Notes: generated from the sequence alone by a model not told the origin. A stretch of DNA of 64,000 nt from an uncultured Gemmatimonadales bacterium (GCA_963779755.1 CAVZZO010000003.1:544001-608000); one strand, 5' to 3'; shown: positions 42,122-52,444, counted from the stretch's first letter. Program-made: numbers and translations.

Positions 42122-43865
42122 ATGACTGGATTTCCCCCTCAACCCACGGAAACGGCCCGGCATCTGCCCAGATGGGTGGGCTGCGGGCTGTAACGCCCTT
42201 ACCGTGCTGCTCGGGGCGTCGTCGCTTCTTGAGGGACAATCCCCGCAGCAGCGGGAGTCTCTGCTGCGCTACCAGGATTCCCTGCAGGAGATGCCTCCCG
42301 CACTGCTCCGCCGGGAGATGGACACGCGCCGGGCACAGGCCGACAGCGAAGCAACCGCAATGGCCCACCTTCGGCTGGGGCTGGCGGCGCTGTCGGTCGG
42401 GCAGAGGGTGGACCACTACCAGCTCGACCGCGCCCGGGGTGCCTTCGAGCAGGCGGCCAGACTCGAACCTGACTGGCCGTGGCCACGGTATGGCATTGGG
42501 CTCGCTCGCCGGGATGACATCTCACGCGGCGACGGCCGCGTGGCATTCCTCCGGCGTTTCTGGGGCAATCGCGACGCCTGGGCGCTGCGTGAACCGGGCA
42601 CGCGACTGCTCGATCACTACAGCAGGCTTCAATACGCCCGGCGGCATTTCGCCCTCGAGGTGAACCGCCGCTTCTACCGGTTCGTGGATACGTACCGGTC
42701 CGGGAGTACGGAACTGGATGACCGGGGCATCGTCTATGTCCGGCAGGGGCCGCCGGAGAAGCGGATCACTGTACCCATCTTCGGCTTCTTTCCCAATGAA
42801 ACCTGGCGATACAAGCGAGCGGACGGCGACCTTCTGTTGCACTTCAGTAGCGGGGGTGGGCAGTCAGGTGGGCACCAGATTGGAGGCGATCTGGGAGATT
42901 ATCACCTCATCCCCAGTCTGCTGAACGCCGGTACACCAGGAGGCGCCACCCCGGCGGCGGGCGGCGATAGCGTGATGCTTTTTGTGTCCCGAACGCCCGT
43001 GACCGATCTCTATGCAAAGTACATGACCTGGGGCCCGGAAGGCCGGAGTCGGGCTATACGAGAAGAGCAGCGAATCGTCGCTCTGAGTACCACCCTCGCC
43101 ACGCAGACCGACGCCGACGAGCTGACCTTTGATTCTGCATTGACGGTGGTCTCAGAGCTTATCGCCCTCGGCACCAACGGTAATCTGACGATGGTTCATG
43201 TGCTGGCCGGCATCCCGGTGAACGTCGGTACCGGTTCGGATCAGCGCCTGACCACGATCCGCACCAGCCTCGGGGTCTTTGACTCTTCCGGAGATCCTGT
43301 GGCATCGCTGGATACCGCCGTCATCCTCCGGCTCACCGGCCCGGTTGCGCCCGGAAGCTGGGCATTTACTCGCGCCCAAGTCGCCGTATCTCCCGGCCAC
43401 TGGACGTATCGGCTTGCTATCGAGCAAGGTGGTGACCGAGGCGTGGTGTTACCCAGAGCCACCATCGCGGTCCCCAACCTCGACGGATCCCGGATCGCCA
43501 TGAGCGACCTGGTGATCGCTCCTTTGCCAGGGAGCTGGCCCTGGCCGCTGGCATCGGGGGATACCGTTTATGCCAGCCCGCTTCACACCTACGGTCGTGG
43601 AGGGCGCATCAGCCTGTACTACGAGGTGTATGGTCTGAAAACTGGTGACTACTCAACCAGGATTTCCGTCTACGAGCGTAAGGGCGCGGAGTTGGGACGA
43701 CGCCGGTTGTCCCTGTCCTTCCACTCGACGGCCAGGGCCACTGTCGCACGCGAACAGCGGACGATTGACCTCCGCGACCTGCAACCTGGCCAGTACTGGT
43801 TGGAGGTTCGCGCCGGTGAAGCCGTACGCAAAAAGGCGATGACGATCGTCGACACGTCGAAGTAG
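42122..43865 (+). pseudogene. GWxTD-domain protein paralog 3; signal peptide probably frameshifted and TPR region shortened; long ORF 42204-43865
   Basis: FWGNRD...DHYSRL, DDRGIVYVRQGPP, NETWRY, YYEVYGL, PGQYWLEV; the upstream ATG 42122 frame stops at TAA 42191-42193 one base out of frame with ALTVLLGA. Confidence 0.7.
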
Positions 43866-43909
43866 TGCTTGGCACCTCACGGCCGGTAGCCGCTCAGCGG
43901 GACACTCGG

Positions 43910-44050
43910 GTGAGGCGTGAGGTGGGGAGGCGGGGAGGCGGGAGGCAGGGCAAGCAGCGACGGGAACGCATTCCCAACGACGGAAGCAGTGTGCCTGGGT
44001 GGGTACCTCAGGAGATTGCCACGCCCGCTGGCGCGGGCTCGCAATGACGG
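43910..44050. repeat. GTGAGGC/GGGAGGC repeats plus REP-like GGAGATTGCC...CTCGCAATGAC palindrome
   Basis: 44011-44041 matches the reverse complement of 37401-37431 at 30/31 nt. Confidence 0.82.
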
Positions 44051-44093
44051 CCATTCTCTGGCCGCCTTGCACCGCCTTGCCGCCAAAAGAAAA

Positions 44094-44197
44094 GTGCCCC
44101 AGGCTCCCCGAAGCGACACCGGACATCGCTTAGCGCTGCTACCGGCGAGGTCCTGACGCGGTTCGCGCGCCAGCGCCCTTCGGACCTGGGGCATCTC
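44094..44197 (-). ncRNA. ffs: Signal recognition particle RNA (small bacterial 4.5S type)
   Basis: Minus strand: GAUGCCCCAGG...GCGAACCGCGUCAGGACCUCGCCGGUAGCAGCGCUAAGCG...CCUGGGGCAC, then a U-tract; conserved GAAC..GUCAGG..AGCAGC..UAAG core; same strand and upstream of dnaX; TAACTT -10 upstream. Confidence 0.88.
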
Positions 44198-44205
44198 AAA
44201 GTTAA

Positions 44206-44278
44206 GGGGGAAAGGGAGAAATGGGAATCGGGAAAGGTCCGTTTTCCCCTTCCCCCCTTCCCGTTCCCCCTTTTCCCG
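44206..44278. repeat. Heptamer inverted-repeat hairpin
   Basis: GGGGGAAAGGGAGAAATGGGAATCGGGAA ... TTCCCCTTCCCCCCTTCCCGTTCCCC. Confidence 0.75.
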
Positions 44279-44283
44279 CCCCC

Positions 44284-44324
44284 AAAAAACTGGAGGCACC
44301 GAGACTTTCGCCCCGATGCCCCCT
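44284..44324 (-). terminator. Rho-independent terminator on the minus strand
   Basis: GGGGCAUCGGGG-CGAAA-GUCUCGGUGCCUCC followed by UUUUUU. Confidence 0.65.
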
Positions 44325-44499
44325 GTATCGCCGGAACCATCCCCCAACCCGCCCCCCGGATGACCCCGGCGGTTTCATTCGTCCGCTGCCAATGGTTTGT
44401 CACTCATTGACCCCGGCAGCGCCGGGCGCAGACGAATGCTGAGGACGAATATGGGCACCGCAAGTGAGGGGATTGTGAAACAGGTGTGAAGGGGAGATC

Positions 44500-44567
44500 A
44501 GAAACGGGGAAAGGGGAACAGGGAATGGGGAAGCCCCGAATTCCCCATTCCCTTTTCCCGCTTTCCG
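44500..44567. repeat. Heptamer inverted-repeat hairpin after the M14 peptidase
   Basis: GGGGAAAGGGGAACAGGGAATGGGGAA ... TTCCCCATTCCCTTTTCCC. Confidence 0.78.
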
Positions 44568-44571
44568 GCTG

Positions 44572-47286
44572 TTATCGCCCCGTCCCCATCAGGATCGCAT
44601 TGCTCACCAGCCTCGCCGTCCCTCGCCAGAACGCCCGGAAGAGCGGGTCTTCGGCGAAGAGCACCACGTGCCCGCGCCCCACGTTCTCCACCGCCGCCCA
44701 GACCGATTTCCGCAAATATTTCTCGGTGTTCCCGGGCCACGCAAATCCGGCGAGCCGCAGGCTGTCGCCGGTAAAGACGACCGGATTCTCCCCCTTTTGG
44801 GAGGGGGCGAGCGAGACCCCCTGGAGGAAGACCGGCAGCGCCGCCCGGCCATACCCGTAGGCCAGCCAGTGCAGCGTGTCCAGCGTGGCGCGGAAGACGC
44901 TCCCCTGGATGTCCTCCGGCTCCTTGTGATGCGACGCCTCCGGCGAGGCCAGCGGCACCCCCGCGACCACTGTATCGGCCGAGTCGGCTGAGGGACCCTT
45001 TCCCTTTTCTCCCTTTCCCTCTTCCCTTTCGTCCGAGCCCACCGGCTTGGCGCTGGTCAGATCCACTTCCTTCCGGCTCAGCAGTGACACCGCCCCGCCG
45101 GCCGCGATCACCAGCCCCCCGCCATTCACCCAGTCCTTCAGGCGCCGAGCCCCGCCCTCTCCCAGTTGGCGCCAGAGGCCGCCCCCGTATCCGCCCGGCA
45201 GGATCAGGACGTTGTAGTCGTCCAGCCGCATCCGCCCCAGGCTGCTCAGCCGGACAGGCACCACCGGCAGGTCCAGCTCGCGCTCCAGATAGTACCAGAA
45301 GTCCCCGAAGGCGGTGGCGCTGATCCCGTCGCCCGCCGCGAGCAGCACACGTGCGGGATGCAGCGCCTCGACCATCTCGCTGCCCACGCCGTACTGCCCG
45401 CTGTCGGGAAAGCCCGACTGGATGGCGGTCACTTCGACCCGGTCTTCAGCCGCCAGCTGCGCGATCCGCTGGTGCAACGAATCGGGGTTCCGCGCCACCC
45501 GCAGGATGAAGGTGCCGCGGGGCCAGCTGGCGCTGTCGGCCCGGAAGGGCTGGGTGGCGCTCCCCAGCGAGAAGCCTTCGCCCAGGAGGTGCAGCGCCAG
45601 ACGGGCGGCATGGTCGCGGTCATCGGGAAAGACATACGCCACCCGCGCCCGCCCGCCGGACACTCCTCCGGCCTCGGCGCTGTCGGCCCCGGCGGGCACG
45701 CCCGCCACCGGCGCGGTCTCGCCGGTCCACCAGGCGTCCAGTCCGAACGCCAGCGGCAGCGACCAGGCGGTGATGTCATAGAATTCGTAGCCCTCGTGCC
45801 CGGCATCGGGGCCGCGCGCCCCGTTGCGGGCATAGCGGGCCAGCTGCGCCTGGACGAAGCTGGAATCAATGCGCGGATCGGGCTCCAGCAGGGCCGCCGC
45901 CAGGCGGGCCTGCGGCTGCGCCAGGTCCACTATCCACGCGCCGGCCGGAACGACGCGGGCGGAGGCATTGCCGCCCAGATAGGAATGTGCCCGCGCCAGC
46001 CGCAGCGGCGCCCGGGTCCGCTGCACCTCGATACCTTGGCGCTGGAGGAGCTCGGCCAGCTGGCGGGCCCGGTCGGGGTGGTCGCCGGCGGTCCACACCA
46101 CCCGCCGGAGCGGGGCGCGCGCCGCATCGGCCATACCTCCCACGCGGAAATCGTAGAAGTCGCGCAGCAGCCGCTCGCGCGAGGCCGCCGCCGTCGCCAG
46201 CGTCGCCAGCGAGGCCACCTGGTGGTGCGCAATCCCGTCGCGGAAGCTGGTGACAGTGCCGTCGTCCTTGCGCAGGCGCAGCTCGGGCCCGCCGTCGCTC
46301 TCGAAGGTCATCCCCACCGCGCCGTTCAGCACGGGCCAGCTGTCCCAGTATCCGGCGTAGAACAGGTCGAACTCGTCGCGCACGTAGTAGAGCCAGCCGA
46401 AGGCATCGAACGCCGCCGCGTTGCCCCGGCCGAAGCGCTCCAGCCAGTCGCGAATGGTGCCGGGCACGTTGGCGTTGATGGGGCGGGCGTCGGGCGGGAA
46501 GAAGTACTGCGCGGTGGTGCTGTGCAGATCGGCGAAGGCCTGCGGGTGCCAGCGCAGGATGGCCCCGGCCAGGGCCCGCGTCTCCGGCTGCGACTGGGCG
46601 ATGAGATCGCGGTTCATGTCGAACCGGTAGTGATTGTAGCGGCCCACCACGTCCCAGGGCTCGTTGTGCTCCAGCGAGCCCGGCTCGTCGCTGCCCACCG
46701 CCACCGAGTTGGACCAGGCGGCGAACCGCTCGTGTCCGTCCGGGTTCTGTGACGGGTTGATGATCGTCACCACGTTCCGCAGGATCTCCAGCGTGGCGGG
46801 CTCGTCGGAGGCCAGCAGCTGGTAGGTGGTCGCGAGCGCGGCCTCGAAGCCCGCGGGCTCGTCGCCGTGGATGGAGTGGGAGAGCATCACCACGGCGGGA
46901 TCCCGGGCGGCGATGGCCGCGGCCCGTTCGGCGCTGGTACGGCGGGGGTCGGCCAGCGCGGCAAGGTCGGCGCGGATGCTGTCGATGCGGGCGAGGTTCC
47001 CGGGCGCGGAGATGATGATGAGCCGCATCACCCGTCCCTCGGGCGTCCGGCCGATCACTTCGGTGCGCGAGCGCTCGGGCGCCGCCTGCACCATGCGCTC
47101 CAGCGCGGCCTGCTGTTCGGCGTACATCGTCTGCCGCGATCCCAGCGGATGGCCCAGCAGCGAGTCGGGCCGCGGCACGGCGGCACGATAAGGCCCGCGG
47201 GCGTAGAAGTCGAAAGGCTGCTGCGCCTGGAGGGGCGCCGCAACCGCCAGGGATGCCAGCAGAAAACCGGCCCGGATGAGAGGCAT
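44572..47286 (-). CDS. Secreted M14 family zinc carboxypeptidase with C-terminal GATase-like domain
   Basis: HGDE zinc motif, NPDG.ER, RYNHY.FDMNRD, DLH, TFES; signal peptide. Confidence 0.92.
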   Translation of the reverse strand: MPLIRAGFLLASLAVAAPLQAQQPFDFYARGPYRAAVPRPDSLLGHPLGSRQTMYAEQQAALERMVQAAPERSRTEVIGRTPEGRVMRLIIISAPGNLARIDSIRADLAALADPRRTSAERAAAIAARDPAVVMLSHSIHGDEPAGFEAALATTYQLLASDEPATLEILRNVVTIINPSQNPDGHERFAAWSNSVAVGSDEPGSLEHNEPWDVVGRYNHYRFDMNRDLIAQSQPETRALAGAILRWHPQAFADLHSTTAQYFFPPDARPINANVPGTIRDWLERFGRGNAAAFDAFGWLYYVRDEFDLFYAGYWDSWPVLNGAVGMTFESDGGPELRLRKDDGTVTSFRDGIAHHQVASLATLATAAASRERLLRDFYDFRVGGMADAARAPLRRVVWTAGDHPDRARQLAELLQRQGIEVQRTRAPLRLARAHSYLGGNASARVVPAGAWIVDLAQPQARLAAALLEPDPRIDSSFVQAQLARYARNGARGPDAGHEGYEFYDITAWSLPLAFGLDAWWTGETAPVAGVPAGADSAEAGGVSGGRARVAYVFPDDRDHAARLALHLLGEGFSLGSATQPFRADSASWPRGTFILRVARNPDSLHQRIAQLAAEDRVEVTAIQSGFPDSGQYGVGSEMVEALHPARVLLAAGDGISATAFGDFWYYLERELDLPVVPVRLSSLGRMRLDDYNVLILPGGYGGGLWRQLGEGGARRLKDWVNGGGLVIAAGGAVSLLSRKEVDLTSAKPVGSDEREEGKGEKGKGPSADSADTVVAGVPLASPEASHHKEPEDIQGSVFRATLDTLHWLAYGYGRAALPVFLQGVSLAPSQKGENPVVFTGDSLRLAGFAWPGNTEKYLRKSVWAAVENVGRGHVVLFAEDPLFRAFWRGTARLVSNAILMGTGR

Positions 47287-47359
47287 CGGATGGTCGAAGG
47301 TCAAAGGTCGAAGTCGATCCTGCCGTCCTGCCGCCCTGCCGTCTTGCCGCCCTGCCGCC

Positions 47360-48295
47360 CTACGTCAACACTGCCCGCTGTTCCTTGAGCCGGTTTCGCA
47401 GATCCCAGGTTTCCGCCACGACCCCTCCCAGCAGGAAGACGATGGCGGTGTAGAAAACCCAGAGCACGAACAGGATGACCGCCAGCAGGTTGGCGTTAAA
47501 GGTCAGCTGCTCCGCCGCCACCACGTGGGCCAGGTAGAACCCGAAGAGCCGCTTGGCGATTTCAAAGGCGATGGTCGTAAAGACGGAGGCGACTACCGCC
47601 GGCCGCCAGGGGAGGCGCCGGATGGACGCGAAGCGATAGACGATGAAGAAGAGCAGCAGGGCGAAGAGAAACGCCAGCCCCTGCCCCAGAATGCGCCCCA
47701 GGGTGGTGAGGAAGAAATCCAGCGGCGCCACGACCGTTTCGCTCCGGGCCTGCAACACGCTCAGCGTCGTGGACGCCACCGTATTGAAGAAGAACAGGGC
47801 GATGGTCGCCACCACCATGGCCACATCGCGCAGCTTGCCCAGGAGCCAGGCAACGACGAAGTGCCGGCGCTTGGGCGGCCGGAGCGAAACGTCATAGAGA
47901 TAGTTGAGCGAGGTACGGATACCGGCGAAGAGCCGGGTGCTGAACCAGACGAACGTGGGGATGGCGTAGAGCGAGATCTGGCCCCGGTTTTCGGCCACCT
48001 TGGTGAGCAGCTGCTCGACCGCGGTGAAGGGATCCTTCCCGCCGATCAGCACGTGGGGAGGGAGGAACGGTTCCAGCAACTGATGGACGTCCACCTGCGA
48101 AGCTGATCCCTGAAGCTGTACCAGGTAGCTCAGGAGGATCAGCAGCAGGAGGATGAATGGTACGGCCGCCAGGAGCGCGTCGAAGGTCAGCGCGCTGGCC
48201 AGGAACGGGACATTGTTCTCGTCGGCGGCCTGGAGCGTGCGGCGGACGAACCCGCGTATGGTGCGGTGCCATCCGCCGAGCGCGAGTGTGGTCAG
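47360..48295 (-). CDS. YihY/virulence factor BrkB family membrane protein; probable CTG start
   Basis: Open frame from CTG 48295 (overlapping the upstream TGA) with ASALTFDALLAAVPFILLL, LWVFYTAIVFLLGG. Confidence 0.85.
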   Translation of the reverse strand: MTTLALGGWHRTIRGFVRRTLQAADENNVPFLASALTFDALLAAVPFILLLLILLSYLVQLQGSASQVDVHQLLEPFLPPHVLIGGKDPFTAVEQLLTKVAENRGQISLYAIPTFVWFSTRLFAGIRTSLNYLYDVSLRPPKRRHFVVAWLLGKLRDVAMVVATIALFFFNTVASTTLSVLQARSETVVAPLDFFLTTLGRILGQGLAFLFALLLFFIVYRFASIRRLPWRPAVVASVFTTIAFEIAKRLFGFYLAHVVAAEQLTFNANLLAVILFVLWVFYTAIVFLLGGVVAETWDLRNRLKEQRAVLT

Positions 48296-48699
48296 GCCGT
48301 GGGCTCCTCGTTTTCGTTGGTGGCCGCGGCGCGGCGCGAGCGGGCTTCCTGCAGCCGCCGCTCCAGCTCCTCACGGGCATTATCCACCGCATGCCCCGCC
48401 TTCTGGACCCCGGTTTCCACCTTTTCCAGCGTCCGGTCCCGGGCCGACTCGTAGTTCTGCCGCAGGGCCCGGGCACCCTGGCTGACCTGATCGCTCAGTT
48501 CTTCGGCCTTTTCTCCGGCCGCCGCACGCAGCTTCCGGAGGCGCTTCTGCATGTCGCGGCGGCTCTCCTCGCCGCTCTGGGGCGTGAAGAAGTAGGTCAG
48601 CACCGCACCCAGCGCCGCGCCCACCAGAAACGACTTGAACACGCCGCCAGTGTCCCGTTCCACATACAGGACACGGGGTTCCTCATCGTGGTCTCGCAT
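48292..48699 (-). CDS. YtxH-domain protein
   Basis: FLVGAALGA...FTPQSGEESR followed by a coiled coil; GGAGG RBS. Confidence 0.88.
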   Translation of the reverse strand: MRDHDEEPRVLYVERDTGGVFKSFLVGAALGAVLTYFFTPQSGEESRRDMQKRLRKLRAAAGEKAEELSDQVSQGARALRQNYESARDRTLEKVETGVQKAGHAVDNAREELERRLQEARSRRAAATNENEEPTA

Positions 48700-48796
48700 A
48701 CGACTTCCTCCCTTCCCGGGCCGCCACGGCCCGCTTTGGTCAACGATCCAATCTAACGTCCGCCCCGGGGGTCACAAAGCAATCCGGGTCACAGCA

Positions 48797-50169
<1,373 letters not shown>

Positions 50170-50173
<4 letters not shown>

Positions 50174-50943
50174 ACCTCCACCGTCAGCCCGTCATGGGCA
50201 GGGAACACACCCGGCGGGAGCTGCCCCGCCAGCTCCGCGTGCCCCGTCTCGTGGGTCAGGTGCGTCAGAAAGGTCCGTTCCGCGCCCAGCTCGCGCGCGG
50301 TATTGATCGCTTCGGCGATGCTCAGGTGCGTGGGATGCTCGCGCCACCAGAGCGCGTTCAGCACCAGGACGCGCAGATCCTGGAGGTGGGCCCGCTCCGC
50401 CTGCGCCACCGCCTTCACGTCTGTAATGTAGGCGAGGTCGCCGAAGCGGTAGCCGAAGACCCGCAGGTGCCCGTGCCGGAAGGCGAGCGGCAGCACCCGT
50501 TGCCCCGCCACGGTGATCTCCCGCCCCGGTTCCAGCGCGTGGGGCTCGAGCCGGGGCTTGGAGGTGCCGCGAAAGGCCTCGACCGAGTCGTCGAAGATGT
50601 AGCGGAAGGTGTTCCGGAGCCGGTCCAGCGTCTCGGGCGGCCCATAGACGGGCAGGGGCCGGCTGTTCCGCATGGTGAAGATCCTGAGATCGTCGATGCC
50701 GTGGGTGTGGTCGGCGTGTTCGTGCGTGTAGATCACCGCGTCCACCCGGCTGACGGCCGCGCGAACCAGCTGGAGCCGCAGCTCGGGCGGAGTGTCGATC
50801 AGGATCGCGCTGTCGCCCGTCTCCAGCAGGGCGCCGCTGCGCATGCGCGCATCCCGCGGATCGGACGAGCGGCACACCGCGCAGTTGCAACCCACCTGGG
50901 GAATTCCGAATGAAGTTCCGGTGCCCAGGAAGGTCAGCCGCAT
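50170..50943 (-). CDS. MBL-fold metallo-hydrolase (PhnP-like)
   Basis: LGTGTS.G.P..GC.C..C, THEHADHTHGIDD, THLTH. Confidence 0.92.
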
Positions 50944-50986
50944 GGGGGAATTCCGCTCCGGAACACCGCGGCGGGGCCGCCCGCGG

Positions 50987-52444
50987 TCACAGGGTTTCGA
51001 TCTTGAGCAGATTGGTGGTGCCGGGCATGTCGAACGGCACCCCGGCAGTCACCACCACCGACTGCCCCGGCTCGGCCAGGCCGGCCTCGAGGATCCGGCG
51101 CCGAGCCACCACCAGCATGGAATCGTAATTGGGCAGGTGGTCCACCAGCGCGGGGACCACCCCCCAGACCATCGCCAGCTGGCGGTAGGTGTCCTGCTCG
51201 GGCGTGACGGCGAAGATCGGGACGCGGGGACGGTAGGCCGCCACCTTCCGCGCCGTGAAACCCGAGCTGGTGAAGCAGACGATGAGCGGCGTGGCCAGCA
51301 GCTCGGCCGCATCACAGACGGCCAGCCCGATGGCGTCCTCCGCCCGCATCGGCTCCCGGCGCTGGGGCGGGGCCTCGGGGGTGTCGCTGCGGCGGCGGGC
51401 AAACCCGATGGCGGCCTCGTAGGCCGGGCTGCGCCCCCGGCTGTTAAGCTCCATCCGGCGGGCGATCCGGTCCATGGCCTGCACCGCCTCCCGGGGATAC
51501 TGTCCGATGGCGGTTTCGGCGGAGAGCATCACCGCGTCGGTTCCGTCCAGGATGGCGTTAGCCACATCGGACGCCTCGGCCCGGGTAGGCCGGGGAGCGT
51601 GCACCATGGACTCGAGCATCTGGGTGGCGGTGATGATCGGCTTGCCGGCCAGATTGGTGTCCCGGATCAACTGCTTCTGAATGAGCGGAACCTCCTCGAA
51701 GGGCAGTTCCACCCCCAGATCGCCTCGCGCCACCATGATCGCGTCGGAGGCCGCGATGATCTCGGGCAGCTGCCCCAGGGCGGTGTCCTTCTCGATTTTG
51801 GAAATGAGGCGGATCCGCGAGGGAATCAGTTTGCGCAGCTCCAGCAGATCCTCCGCCCGCCGGACGAACGAGAGGGCGATGTAGTCCACCCCCAGCTGGG
51901 AGACCCGCAGGGCCTCCTCCCTATCCCGGTCGGTCAGGGCGGGCGCGCTCACGTCCACTCCCGGCAGGTTCATCCCCTTGTTGCTCTTGAGCTCACCTCC
52001 GTAGCGCACGGTACCGTATACCCGGTCGCCCTCGGTCCGGGTAACGACCACCTCGAGCAGGCCGTCGTCCAGGAGGATCCGGGCGTTGGGGATGACATCC
52101 CGGGCCAGGGCGGCGTAAGTAGTGGGGATTTCGCCGCCTCGGGCCGATTCCTGGGGGGCAAAGACCACTTCCTGGCCGACCTCGAGCGTGAGGGGGGCCG
52201 GCAGGACCCCCACCCGGATCCGAGGGCCTTGGAGGTCCACCAGGATGGCCGCGGGCGTCCCCCGTTCGGCCAGCACGCCGTGCAGGGCCCTGATCCAGGA
52301 TTCCCGGATGGCAGGGGTGGCGTGGGAGGCGTTGATGCGGACGACGTCCACGCCGGCATCCAGCAGTTCATGCATCTGGGCCGGCTCGGCCCAGGCCGGC
52401 CCCAGGGTGGCAACGATCTTGGTTCGGCGGATAGGTGCGGTCAC
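50987..52444 (-). CDS. pyk: Pyruvate kinase
   Basis: RRTKIVATLGPA, DLQGP, SKIE, IMVARGDLGVE, ATQMLESM, RAEASDVANA. Confidence 0.97.
   Translation of the reverse strand: MTAPIRRTKIVATLGPAWAEPAQMHELLDAGVDVVRINASHATPAIRESWIRALHGVLAERGTPAAILVDLQGPRIRVGVLPAPLTLEVGQEVVFAPQESARGGEIPTTYAALARDVIPNARILLDDGLLEVVVTRTEGDRVYGTVRYGGELKSNKGMNLPGVDVSAPALTDRDREEALRVSQLGVDYIALSFVRRAEDLLELRKLIPSRIRLISKIEKDTALGQLPEIIAASDAIMVARGDLGVELPFEEVPLIQKQLIRDTNLAGKPIITATQMLESMVHAPRPTRAEASDVANAILDGTDAVMLSAETAIGQYPREAVQAMDRIARRMELNSRGRSPAYEAAIGFARRRSDTPEAPPQRREPMRAEDAIGLAVCDAAELLATPLIVCFTSSGFTARKVAAYRPRVPIFAVTPEQDTYRQLAMVWGVVPALVDHLPNYDSMLVVARRRILEAGLAEPGQSVVVTAGVPFDMPGTTNLLKIETL

Noticed and set aside
37448..43865. Diversity-generating retroelement or integron acting on the GWxTD genes
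   Set aside because: No reverse transcriptase, TR/VR pair, integron integrase or recognisable attC sites in the window.
47892..48476. Frameshifted YihY starting at ATG 48272 (MAPHHTR)
   Set aside because: The YihY frame is itself open up to the SD-preceded CTG overlapping the upstream stop; no frameshift is needed, although it cannot be fully excluded.
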